Positions 12,475-25,199 of a stretch of DNA of 64,000 nucleotides are shown here, piece by piece. The translations under genes were made by a program, and so were the position numbers. The notes beneath the pieces were generated by a model. That model made no database searches. It had not been told where the DNA came from and saw only the letters and a list, made by a program, of their open reading frames with translations. How positions within the stretch are numbered: position 1 is the stretch's first letter; every line of letters begins with the position of its first letter. Origin of the DNA: Malacoraja senta (Eukaryota); assembly GCA_038087875.1 (NCBI GenBank), contig CM075977.1:115382001-115446000 (forward strand). Reading direction: 5' to 3'.

Positions 12475-13140
12475 TAATCATCATCATACTTAATTAGCCA
12501 AGTATGTTTTGCAACACACGAAGAATTTGATTTGCCATACAGTCATACCAATAAAAAGCGACAGAACACACAAAATATATTTTAACATAAACATCCACCA
12601 CAGTGACTCCTCCACATTCCTCACTGTGATGGAAGGCGAAAAAAAGTTCAACCGCTCCCTTCTTTGGCCTCTAGTGGGCGGGGGCCTCTAAATTTCCATT
12701 GACGGGACGATCTTACTCCCGTAACCGGCGGCGGGCCCCCCTCATCGGGGCGATCAACCTCCTGCATCGGGGGGGGGGGGGGGAATCTCAGCTCCCCGCG
12801 CCGGGCGATCTACCTCGGGTTGGGGCTAGTCGAACGTCGTGAGGCTTTTGGAGCTTCCTCAACCCAAGTTTGCAGGCCACGGTTGGAGCGTCGATCCCAG
12901 GCAAGGAATCGGCTCCAATGGTAAGTCCACGCCCAAAGTCAGTCCCAAGCAAGGCCTCCAGCTCCACGATGTTAGGCCGCAGAGCGACCGGAGATACGAT
13001 ACGGAAAACAATCACATCTCCGACAATGTAGGAGATTGAAAAAAAGTTTCCCCGGCCCCCCCCCCCCCGCCCCCACATAAAACTAACCAGAGAACATTAA
13101 CACATACTTTTTAAACACACTAAAAATAACAAAAAAAAGA
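12475..13140 (-). mobile_element. Unclassified CpG-rich interspersed repeat with a LINE-like 3' tail
   Basis: Abrupt GC/CpG-rich block; the minus strand ends in a Rex1-like tail (..CAAATCAAATTC..ACTTGGCTAATTAAGTATGATGA). Confidence 0.5.
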
Positions 13141-13169
13141 CAAATAGAAGGACTTCTATTATCCAAGGT

Positions 13170-13425
13170 CAAAACACAAAGTGCTAAAGTAACTCAGGGG
13201 ATCAAACAGCACCTGTAGAGGGAATGGACAGGCAACATATCGGGTCGGGGCCCTTCTTCAGGCTCTTACCCAAGGTCTTTACTGGGCCATGGGAATATAA
13301 ACTTTGGCAGAAAGGAATTACCAACTTGTCTGAAAAAGAGTCCCAACCCAAAGCGTTGCCAATCCATTTTCTCCAGAGATGCTGCCTGACCTGCTGAGTT
13401 ACTCCAGTAATTTGCGTTTTTTCTT
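13170..13425. mobile_element. Degenerate inverted pair of Penelope pLTRs
   Basis: Minus-strand CTGAAGAAGGGCCCCGACCCGATA (13230-13262) and plus-strand CTGAAAAAGAGTCCCAACCCAAAG (~13330). Confidence 0.7.
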
Positions 13426-15334
13426 AGCTTGGTGACATTTGCACTCTGAGACATGGGCAAAGAATCCAGGAAAGGCTGAAGAATTCCTGTAGTTGGTGAA
13501 TTGCCTCCCAACCAATCTTCCATTGTGATCTGCAATCCCCCAATGTGCTTACAGTAATTATCCATCAGATATTTGAAACGGTAACACTCTATCTTTCTAG
13601 AATGCTCTTTAAGCAGGCTGTGTGAGAAACAGGGGTCTTGATCACAATAATGAGAAACATCCCATTATTGGATTAGACAAACAGGTTGACCAAGGCCAAA
13701 ACTACATGGTACATCTTAGCTGCCTGATATGTTCCCCACTAGGGTACAATCTTCCTGTATATATCAAGGACAAAGTACATTTTGTACTAATAGTCATGTT
13801 TTTCGAAAGAGAATAACTTTATTCCTGATCAAATGAGGACGTGTTTTTTTTTAATATAGACGTTGTCCCAATCTTGCTGCATTTTTGTAAATATCATGTA
13901 TTCTTTCCATAAAATGTGGATCCAGAAATTAAAATATGTTATTTTTTTCCTGAAAACATATTACTATAAAAATAATTGTCAATGCAGCTATTTTATTGTT
14001 TAATTTAATTAACTGTAAAGATTTAATAGACTAAATTACCAGAGCATCTTTACTCTAATTAATTTAAGTATTTAATTTTAAGATTATATCAAATTCTTTG
14101 TGGATTTGAAATAACAAAATTCAAAACTGTTTGTTTATTATTTGAAAAGTCAAACTATTCTTATCCAGAAAAGTAAGTTAGCATTGATTTTCTTTGCAAT
14201 TTATGAACATTGGATATGAAATTGGTTGACAACAATGAAAAGGAACATCAGAAGTTGTATAAAAATTGAGTTCATTTACTTTGAGCCTGTTTTGCTCTGG
14301 TGGCATTGACAGATTTTACTCTCTTTGCTGTTTCATCCCCTTCCATGTGTGCATCTGAAATCTATTCATTAACAAATCTCCTTAGTTGAGTTTCAGTCAT
14401 GGAGTTTATCTTGCTCACTCTAAGAAAGTTTAACCTACTCAACATTAAACTTAAATTAGAAATGGAAAGCTTCCAAGTGATCCAGTTATAGCTAACTATT
14501 TTTGTCAAAACCCTAAAAATCACAGCTACAAACATGTAAACATTTGGAAATGCTTAGTTACAGCTCTATACGTATTTCAAAGCTCCATAAAATCCTTGAA
14601 CAAACAAAACTTGATTCTTGTCCATGTTTTTAAAATGTATTTTTGTTTTCTTCTGATCTTTTTGCTTTTCCCCAGAGTGCCTTGACATGAATGAAAGAAC
14701 AACGATATGAATGTTTTCTCTCTCAATAGCATGAGGTGCACAAAAATATCTGGGTGATATTTCTTTCTCCTTGTGGGAAATCACCACACTGCTTATTCTT
14801 TTAACTCACTGTCAGCATAGTTGGGATCATAAACTCATCTGTGCGACATGATCCTACTGTCCATTTGCTCTGAATTTAGGGTTTTGACAAAACTAGTTAC
14901 TGTAGCTGTGACTGGCTCACTTGGATACTTTCTGTTTAGCCACACAATATAAAATCAGACAAAAGAACATGAATAAACTTGAATTTTTACATGTTTTTGA
15001 TGCTGCATTACCTCATCAGTTGTTCCAAATAATTGTATTTAAAAAAACATAGCCCTATATTTTGTAAATCTCTCTTGAATGTTTCAGTGCAATGCATAAA
15101 ATGAAGTTTGCTTATGGAGCTTAAATGTCATATTTCAGCAAATATTGCTCTCAAATAAATAATTTGTGAAAATAAAGATGGAAAACTGATGTTTGGAGCA
15201 TTTGACTTACTTTATATCAGGTCACAAAATGTTTCAAGTGGAGGATAAACATTCCATGAAGAAACTTACTTATTCTATCATAAATGACAATAGTCCTTTG
15301 TGAACGCACATGCCATCTACTTTCAACTATGTTT

Positions 15335-15632
15335 TTTTAGTTTTAGTTTCAGAGATACACCACGGAAACAGGCTCTTCGGCCCATTGAGTCCGTGCAGAC
15401 TAGTGATCACTCATACTAGTTCTATCCGCTAATTCTATCCTATACACGCGGGACGATTTACAGAAGCCAATTGAATACAAACCTACAGGTCTTTGGAACG
15501 TGAGAGGAAACAAGAGAAAACCCAAATGGTCACAGGGAAAAGGTACAAACTCGGTACAGACAACACCCATGGACAGGATCGAACCCGGGTCTCTGACGCT
15601 GTAAGGCAGCAACTCTTCCACTGTGCCATTGT
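15335..15632 (-). mobile_element. tRNA-derived V-SINE (HE1-like)
   Basis: A box TGGCACAGTGG, B box GGTTCGATCC, V-domain-like core, CTAAAA tail. Confidence 0.85.
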
Positions 15633-15634
15633 GT

Positions 15635-16128
15635 TTAAGGACGAACTGCAGATGCTGGTTAAATCAAAGGTAGACAAAAAATGCTGGAGTAACTCAGCAG
15701 GTGGGGCAGCATCTATGGAGAGAAGGAATTGGCAACGTTTCAGGTCGAGACCCTTCTTCAGACCAATGTTAGGGGAGGGGGCGGGACAAATAAAGAATGT
15801 AGGTGGAGACAGTAGGACTGGTGGGAGAACTGGGAAAGGGGAGGGGATGGAGAGAGAAAGCAGGGGATACCTAATGTTAGAGAAATCAATGTTCATTCCG
15901 CTGGGGTATAAAGTACCCCAGCGAAATATGATGTGCTGTTCCTCCAATTTGCGTTGGGCCTCACTCTGACAATGGAGGAAGCCCAGGACAGAAAGGTCAG
16001 ATTGGGAATGGGAGGGGGAGTTGAAGTGCTGGGCCACCAGGAGATCAGGTTGGTTATTGCGAACCGAGCGGAGGTGTTGGGGGCGAAGCGATCGCCAAGC
16101 CTACGCTTGGTCTCACCGATGCGGACTG
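15635..16128 (-). mobile_element. Penelope-like element 3' end (GIY-YIG endonuclease tail plus pLTR)
   Basis: AQHFNSPSHSQSDLSVLGFLHCQSEAQRKLEEQHIIFRWGTLYPSGMNIDFSN; an inverted pLTR fragment follows at 16133-16238. Confidence 0.9.
15728..15767 (-). ncRNA. Minimal type I hammerhead ribozyme (best-preserved copy)
   Basis: AUUGGU-CUGAAGA-A-GGGU(CUCG)ACCU-GAAA-CG-UU^GCCAAU, with a 6-bp helix I. Confidence 0.75.
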
Positions 16129-16238
16129 AGCAGAGGGACTTCTCTAACTTCAGGTAGCCCCTGCCTTCTCACTCAATCCCCTCCCCCTTCCCAATTCTCC
16201 CACTAGTCCTACTGCCTCTGCCTACATTCTTTCTTTGT

Positions 16239-17687
16239 TGTGGCTCTTGAAATAGTGGATGCATTGGTGATCATTTTCCAATGTTCTATAGATTCAGGAT
16301 CAGTTCCTGTGGATTGGAGGGTAGCTAATGTTATCCCACTTTTAAAGAAAGGCGGGAGAGAGAAAACAGGGAATTATACACCAGTTAGCCTGACATCGGT
16401 GGTGCGGAAAATGCTGGAGTCAATCATAAAAGATGAAATAGCGGCACATTTGGATAGCAGTAACAGTTTCGGTCTGAGTCAGCATGGATTTACGATGCTT
16501 GTTTAATCTTCTGGAATTTTTTGAGGATGTAACTAGGAAAATGGACAAGGGAGAGCCAGTGGATGTAGTGTATTTGATAAGGTCCCACATAGGAGATTAG
16601 TGGGCAAAATTAGGGCACATGGTATTGGGGGTAGTGTGCTGACATGGATAGAAAATTGGTTGGCAGACAGGAAACAAAGAGTAGGGATTAACGGGTCCCT
16701 TTCAGAATGGCAGGCAGTGACCAGTGGGGTACCGCAAGACTCGGTGCTGGGACCGCAGCTATTTACAATATACATCAATGATTTAGATGAAGGGATTCAA
16801 AGTAACATTAGCAAATTTGCAGATTACACAAAGCTGGGTGGCAGTGTGAACTGTGAGGAGGATGCTATGAGAATGCAGGGTGACTTGGACAGGTTGGGTG
16901 AGTGGGCAGATGCATGGCAGATGCAGTTTAATGTGGATAAATGTGAGGTTAACCACTTTGGTAGCAAAAACAGGAAGGCAGATTACTATCTAAATGGTGT
17001 CAAGTAGGTTTTAGGACCTGGCGAGGGGTGAGTAAAGATAAGAAGTAGGTACATCCCTCTCATAATGTCCAATTTTACTTTCTTTTTTCTTTTTTCTTTT
17101 TCCACCTTTTGGGTTTTTTCTTTTCTTTTTTAACTATTTCTTGTGGTTTAGGTTCATACGGGTGTTCCTGGACCACTCTTTCATTCACTCACTGACTATC
17201 TTTACTAACTCTTTCTATCCTTTTATCCTATTAAAGTTTAAAATAAGAAGTGGTATAAGAACTGTATAAACTTATGTTATTGCAGATTACTGTAATGTAA
17301 CATACTTCTAATAAAAAAATAATAAAAAATTTAAAAATACTAGAGGCAGGAAACATGTTCCCGATGTTGGGGGTGTCCAGAACCAGGGGCCACAGTTTAA
17401 GAATAAGGGGTAAGCCATTTCGAACAGAGATGAGGAAACACTTTTTCACACAGAGAGTTGAGTCTGTGGAATTCTCTGCTTCGGAGGGCAGTGGAGGCCG
17501 GTTCTCTGGATACTTTCAAGAGAGAACTAGATAGGGCTCTTAAAGATAGCGGAGTCAGGGGATATGGGGAGAAGGCAGGAATGGGGTACTGATTGGGGAT
17601 GATCAGCCATGATCACAGTGAATGGCGGTGCTGGCTCGAAGGGCCGAATGGCCTACTCCTGCACCTATTGTCTATTGTCTATTGTCT
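16239..17687 (+). mobile_element. CR1 LINE (RT region plus 3' UTR) with internal deletions and a foreign insert at 17007-17338
   Basis: DWRVANVIPL..NYTPVSLTS; SGVPQDSVLGPQLFTIYINDL..SKFADYTKL; CTATTGT tail. Confidence 0.92.
17007..17338 (+). mobile_element. Poly(A)-tailed T-rich retro-insert (L1/Tx1-like 3' UTR)
   Basis: T-rich body, AATAAA and A-rich tail interrupting the CR1. Confidence 0.5.
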
Positions 17688-20600
17688 AAAACAGAGGGGT
17701 GAAGGTTGGAAAACAGAGAGAATAGTGAGGGAGATGGAAAATCGAAAGATATTGTGGAGAAGAGCGTGGGAAAAAGGAATTAACAACAGTTTAATAGGCC
17801 ATTGTCATTATGAGGGCACTCCATGTCCATCATCACAAATCACAGTGTTGTATTCAGGGATGCTGCGATATTTATCATTGTTACAAAATACAGCTCATCA
17901 AAATCAGTGTTGGGGGTCAATGAAAACAACGTCGATGTCTCAAGGGGGTCCCTTTAATTCAAATATAGTTCCAACTTTTTACGCGATAATCTCCTTGTTT
18001 GACTATGCATTAACAGAGGTTGGTTGTCATGACCTTTCAGTCCAATTTCAGCCAATAGGTTAGATATGCACACAGCACATGTTAATGCTGTCATTATATG
18101 CACAAAATATGATGAGGAAATGGCATCCACATTAGGATGAATCATTATAGAAAGTGTCTAATCCAATTTCTAAAGCAGCATTTCAATAGGAAATGAGTGC
18201 GGACACTTCAAAATATGCACATGCTAATTTTGCACAATTTTACATTAAAAATTACATATTTTTTACCTAATCCATGATTGTCTGGAATTTAGAAAAATTA
18301 TGAAAGATTTCCCCTTCAATTTGCAGTACGAAATAAACACACATAAAATCATTGGGTACAAAATCCCGTGCTCCGTGAGGATTGAATTAAAGCCTATAAT
18401 TTAATGTCTGTTGCTGTTGTAGGTGATTTATGATATCAGCTAAACTGGCTCAATTAGATCATAACTAAGATCACAATTGTGGCTAGAACCATGGGATATG
18501 ATCTCCAGGTAAAAAAAAATACTGAAAACCTTGTAATAAAGTGAAAATTAACTTGTTCAGTCGTCGTAAACCAATGGTCCTAATTAACAATGAAGAGATT
18601 CACTGTATGCAATCCCCAAACCATTAATTAAAGAAAAATCCCCAAATCCCACGTGATAAAGCATTATTCAGTACTGTAAACTAGTGGTCTTGATTATATC
18701 ACTGCAACTCGCTGCATGGTGTCCATTACTCTATAGGGGTAGTTTTACAAGTGTGTGCTGCCAGCAGGAAGTCTTGCCTGCCAGCAACACATACTGGAAA
18801 TTCATGACCATTTTTCTCTTTACTGCGAAGCAAACAAGTGTTTTAGTTTAGATTGCAACATGTTTGCATTTAAAACAAAATAATACACTGATACATTGTC
18901 AATATTGTTTTAATCTTTGTTTTTCATAGATATAATAAAGAAAGGTGCCAGTCCGAAACTATGTCAAATGGATCTTTTCCAATTTTTCCCTAGTGTCTTT
19001 CTTCAAAAAAGCATGTTCACACTATACTAGGTCCAAATCTGGAATACAGCCCGTTAAGTGTGCAAAAGGGAAGGCCTAGGACAATCGCTCACCTCTCACC
19101 TCTGACCTGTGACTCTGGCACCCAATTTGTTTTGAGCTGGAAAGCTGGAAAAGGGATGGCTGGCTGTCCTGAGCACGAACAGGCAATTTATTCTTCAGGA
19201 ACACCTTGGAGAGAGATATCCAGTTCACCTGATCCTGTGTTGTTACAGAAACATCTGAACCCAAACTCATCTAAAACTAAATCTAAATTACCATTGATTT
19301 TGTAGATACCTGATTTCAAATTCTGCATTCTTTCCAAAACAGGTAACCACTTTCTTTTCTTATCAGTTTTGGATTAATACAATTAAATAAAAGAAAAATA
19401 ATATCACTGTTTTGTGCACTTTTAAACTTAATGTACAATGTTTTTCCCAAAATTGATGATACAATTACTGATGTACAATTACTGATGATATAAATTGTTA
19501 GCAGTATTGCTTTTCTCAAATAAATCTTCACTTCATATGGTTACTGGCTATGGAAAAATAACATGTTCAATGTTTAGTATTGTCACTTTCAAGTTGGAAT
19601 GCTCTTACTTAGTAAGAACAATATCCTGGCATTCAGATAACTAGGATACCATGAATGTGATTAGTAAACACACATGTTTGCAAGTACAAAATGCCATCTG
19701 CAATCACATTTTGGAAACTCCTGAGTAAAAGGGGCTTACTTCAAGGAGATAATTTTAATAGAGCTTCATAATTAACATATTTTTGCAACAACCTGGTGCC
19801 TGAAATACAGTGGGGATGCAACAACTGATCTTTGGACCATTGCAGACAAAGAACAGCAGCAGTGAAAAATAATGGAGATTTCTAAAATCCTAAAAAGTTA
19901 GAGGAATAAAATATAATTATTCTTTTGTATTAATTTCATAATGCATATTTGAACTAGAACATACAATAATCTTGGTCAAACGCACAGTTCCTTATAAACT
20001 ATTAGTGCACACTAAATTGCATCTTCAGCGACAAGATTTAAAAAATTGATCATCTTAGGCTAAAAGTGATCCAAACCTCAATGTTAGGTCTGCCAAGATA
20101 CGTATGAATACAGCATTTTATCTTATTAAATGAAAACCCAGACAGAGTGTAAGTTAGCCATTGCCAAACATGCATGATTTAACAAGTACTAATGTAACAA
20201 CTCTGTACTGACACAACCCCAGATAGGAAAGAGCATGTTCTAGAAATAGTGTGCCCGGGGTTGCTTTCGTTTCAAAGGAATTTTTTTTGCAGTGCAATGA
20301 ATTATGTGCTTAAATATGTGTATTTTGTGAAAACCAAGGCTTTAATTATATTTGGTTCTACTATAAATAGGATTTCAGCAAACAAGTATTGCGAAGAATT
20401 ACAACATGATCTGATTATTGTGAGATGAAACAAACCTGTTCTGTAACTCACTTTGCAGATGTCTAGTTAGTCAATCAAGTGATCTGTAATCACAAACCCT
20501 GTCAGAAAATGAGTGAATAATGGGCTGTGATAAAATGGTGGGATTTTCTGGTGTGCTTGTTCCATGTGGTGAATGCCATCTGTAATTGTCAGGTCCTGTT

Positions 20601-21752
20601 GGCTTTGTTCTTTATTTGAGCAGGGAAGTTAAACCATGTACTGTTCTCCTCATCCACGGAATCTGCGCACAAGGACAGAAGAGATTGTAATGAGGATTGA
20701 GTTAACCAAAATATAATAGGAAAGCATTTTGAAATAATATTAAGGGATAAATTCTATCTTTGCCGCATGGGCATTAATCTAGCAAAGCATTGGAATGGAA
20801 ATCAGATGTGCAATATAACAGACAGACTGTTATATTGTCTGCTCTGCTGCATTGCTGTCCATGTGGCAAAAAGTGAAAACCTACTCCAAAAGTTTCAACA
20901 CAGCTAAACTAAATTATCACTAAAACTTTGCTGAACTGCATTCTGTAGAATAGTCCATTAGCTCTAGTTGTTGAAGGTTCAGCACCAAGTAAAGGTTGAC
21001 TTTTTAAATCGCATAGCTGTTAATCACTTGCATAGGCTGCACTCCATTGGGGGAGTTTTGTTGGTATGGAACTGCTTCGATGATGTGCAGTTCAGAAATA
21101 CATTTAGCCCAAAAATCCATGATGCATGGAGGGTACGTGGTGTGAGTGCTGAGATCTGCCTATCATCGACCTTCACCACTTACCCGCTTGGCCAAGGTTT
21201 AATAGAATGTGCATGATGTTACTGGGAGGTTAATCAACTCCTCCTTCTTACTCTTTGGCAATGGTTTATGTATGCTCCTACTAAACTGCTGACAACATTA
21301 TTATACATTATTGCAAAGAAAAATATGTCGGTTTTCAAAGATCTCACGAATAGTCATGAACATATAACGCAAATGCTTTATTGATTGAAATATGAAATTT
21401 ATTCATGTTAAAATAGTCTGTTTAGAAACTGAACAATACATTCCATTCTGATTCAGCATGAAAAAAAAATATGTTGTAATATCTTTCATGGCCATATATT
21501 CCAAGCATTTACAATTAAATATGTACTTCTGAACCTTTTGGGTCAATTTCCTTTTCCGTAAATATGTGTAAAATACACTTTGGTCAACGTCAATATTTGC
21601 AAAGTTAGACACTATGTATAATCTACGAACCATTCAAGAAATAATGCCAGTTTAATTTTTCCTTAAATGAAAGAGAGGAAAGTAGTGAGCTAGATGAACA
21701 CACAATCATATATCTTACAGCATTGTAGTGTGTTAGTCCATTAGCCTATTTA

Positions 21753-22057
21753 GGATGGCACAGTGGCGCAGCGGTAGAGTTGATGCCTTACAGCACAAGA
21801 GACCCAGGAACGATCCTGACTACAGGTGCTGTCCGTACGGAGTCTTACGTTCTTCCTGTGACCCCGTAAGTTTTCTCTGAGGGTTCAGTTACCCCCCACA
21901 TTCTAAAGAATTGATGGATTGTAGGTTAATTGGCTTCTGTAAATTGTCCCTAGTGTGTGTAGGATAGAGCTAATGTACGGGTGATCACTAGTCGGTGTGG
22001 ACTCAGTGGGCCAAAGGGCTGTTTCCATGCTGTATCTCTAAACTAAACTAAACTAAA
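21753..22057 (+). mobile_element. Full-length V-SINE
   Basis: A box TGGCGCAGCGG, degenerate B box, V core, (CTAAA)n tail. Confidence 0.88.
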
Positions 22058-23245
22058 TTACCTCAACAAGTGCAACTGAAAATGATGAAAAGCAAAATCA
22101 AAATAAAACACAACAGGTACGTTCTATGTTTCTGCCATTATTATCACATTCATCCTCCCATTTGTGAAAGAATTGAACATTTCCACTGACCTCATGATTC
22201 ATGCATTATGTTTATGTAAACAAATGTTACATTAAATTGTAAAAATAAAAACTCACAATAAAAAAAACTGATAGGAAACGTCATCAGTTTTTTATAATAT
22301 TGTAGATGCATTTAGCTTTTAATTTTCTTACAAAAATCTCAACATGTTTCCTGACATATTAATATAATTGGCACTTTAATTTATTCACCACAATGTAGTT
22401 ATACCCAAAATTAATTTTTAACTCGTGACAGTCTTGCTTAATTGGAGAGACCATCTTTTCAGTGTGTTACGTTTTTCAAGACGTTTCGAATGAAAATACC
22501 TCTATGAAAAGTATTTGGAAAGCAAACTCAGAACATTAGACATGAAATAGATGTCAAATGTATGTCATCATTTCATATCAACCTTTTCCCCTTAAATGTC
22601 AATGCAAATAAAAATATGTCTGTAACATTTTTGGATATACGTCTTTATTGGTTTCATATGATAACCCTTCTTGGAGAGTGCATAAGAATTTATTGCACAT
22701 CTGTTCTGTGTTTTCTTTTTTATTAGAAGAAAGGGATGAAACAAATCAACTCCCCCCCCCCACCACTAGTGCCGTCCCCTTTCCACCCCCACCCCCCCAA
22801 CATACCATTCTGTTCCGAATGCTGCTCCATCTAGAATTATTAAAGGTGGGGTCTACCTGCAAAGCATTTATTGATTATTTCATAAGCTGTACTTAAATGA
22901 GTTTGGTTGAGAAAATGAGTTCTGCACAAGGTTCAACGGCGTAAGGAAAAATATGAAATGTTCCTGCCAATGTTGAAGTCATGCATTGCAGCTTGCAATA
23001 AGAAAAAGACAAAGCACACATCTTTCTTTCAAACAGCTTCTAGTAAATAAGAGGAATGAAAATCAGGCTGCTGTAGTTATAAGTACACATGTGCAGAATT
23101 GTAGATCAGCTGGATTTTATTTTCCATAAGGTTGGGTCAGCGGTCTCACTTAAAAAGTTTTTCTTACCCTATATTTAACTACTCTTTCCTCCCCAGAAAA
23201 TTGTACATTACTACCTGATCAAGGGGTCTGTCTATAGTGCCCAGA

Positions 23246-23550
23246 CGGGCAGCGCAATGGCACAGTTGATAGAACTCCTCACAGTACCAGAGATCTGGGA
23301 TCAATCCTAACCTCGCTTACTAACTAGGTGGAATTTGCAAGTTTTCCCTGTGACCACGTGGGTTTCATCCAGGTGCTCGGGTTTCATCCCACATCCCAAA
23401 GAACATGCTATTTTGTTGGTTAATTGGCCTCATATAACATGGAATTAGTGTGCATAGGTGAACAATGGTCGGTGTGGACTCGGTAGGCTGAAAGGCCTTC
23501 TTCCATGTTGTATCATTCAATTTAATTCAATTCAATTCTTTTCAATTCAA
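23246..23550 (+). mobile_element. V-SINE, older subfamily with a (TTCAA)n tail
   Basis: GGAATTTGCAAGTTTTCCCTGTGACCACGTGGGTTTC..CCCACATCCCAAAG core. Confidence 0.8.
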
Positions 23551-23666
23551 TTTTATTTACTGGGAGGGTTTCACGAGCTTTGATGCACCCCATATTTTTG
23601 TGATAGAGAAGCACCTGACACCAGCTATCTGAGCTTACCATTCCATCATTGAGGTTCGCCCTTTAA

Positions 23667-23985
23667 TGGCCCTGTCCCACTGTACGAGTTCATTCAAGTG
23701 CTCTCCCGAGTTTTAAAAAAAATCCAACTCATGGTAAACACCTAGAATGAATGTAGCGGGTACGTCGGAGCTCGGGGACATCTCTTAGCAGCTCGTAACG
23801 CTAACGGCAGGTACTCAGGAAACGCGGTAAGCTCAGGAAGACTCGTGAAGATTTTTCAGCATGTTGAAAAATGTCCACGAGAGCCCCGAGTACCTGCGAG
23901 CGGCCATTACCGTAATTCTCCGAGTTCGAATCAGGGCAAACTCAGGAGAACTCTTTGAATGAACTCGTACAGTGGGACAGGGCTT
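23667..23985. mobile_element. MITE with 29-bp perfect TIRs and TAA flanks (PIF/Harbinger-like)
   Basis: GCCCTGTCCCACTGTACGAGTTCATTCAA at 23669-23697 and its reverse complement at 23955-23983. Confidence 0.85.
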
Positions 23986-25199
23986 TAAGGAGCCATTGTG
24001 AATAAAGGAGCCATAAATGAATAAACCTGGTGCTCTGGACATCAACAGATGACCACTTGAATATTATTTTTTCACATATGGTATAGCAGCTTCATGAAAT
24101 GGTATTAAAATGCAATGTTATAATCTGAAAAGAAATATACATTAGGCATCAATTACTTTGATGTCCCTTTTATAGCATACATCCTTCGTATAAAACAGAG
24201 AAAGATTTTCACTTTTAATTTGGTCTCTGGTCTCTTGAGTATCACAAACATTAAGTTATTTAATTATTCATTCTGCAAAAGAAATCACACTGATTAGTGT
24301 TCCAAACAGTGAGCTAACAATTGTACTAGGCAAAGGAGATCTGTTTCTTTATGCGGAAGAAAAAGAAACAAAGACATGTTACCCTGGTTCAAGACACATA
24401 CATACGTATGCACACATACACATTCACATACACATACACATGCATGCATATACATTGGCTGCATTGCAAAGGACTAGTAACAAATCCATTCCATGTTCAC
24501 GATTACAAAGGTTTTTAGTTTTATTAGTAGTTTCTCACATGGGACCTTGTCAAAACCTTTCTGACACAAATAAATCACATCATTGTGAGTTCCTTGCCGA
24601 CTTTGCTTGTAACATCTTCAAAGAAATTGAGGAGCTTTGTTAAACAGGAACTTCCATTATAAACTGCTCTAGCTGTTTTATTAGGTTTTGCTATATAACT
24701 GCTTTGCCAGTTGACTTCTTAGCTTTCTTTCCATTATTTCATCAGCTTGTGATTTAGGGGCCAAGTTTGTTTCTCTTTTAAAAAAAAAAACACGTTCCTA
24801 TTTGAAACACAATCCTGTGAAGTTTCTCAAGATTTGAATGTATCATCAATGCCAATCAAACATTTGAAATATGCAACTTCACAAATTTCTCTCCTAATTG
24901 CTTTGAACAATGTAGAATGTGCATCCGACCAAAGGAATTCAAGGGATGTCAATGTTCAATCCATTTAATCATGGACTATTGACTCTATATTGATTTCAGA
25001 ATCTATTATGGCATTTATTGTACAATGCTATAGGGCCCACACATTTTAACATCTCCATTCCAGTTGTTGGAGAGATGGAGCCATGCTAAGGGAATAATAT
25101 TGGGTATTAATAACAATTATTAAAGACTTTACAGTCAAAGTGTGACTTACACCATGACCTTGCAGTGTACAATAAGGTCAGGTGTGATCTACATAAGTC

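Noticed and set aside
15483-16037. 184-aa ORF as a host gene
   Set aside because: It is a Penelope endonuclease tail reading through the pLTR and a SINE.
21753-21830. tRNA gene
   Set aside because: The A/B boxes belong to a tRNA-derived SINE head; no cloverleaf, and SINE core and tail follow.
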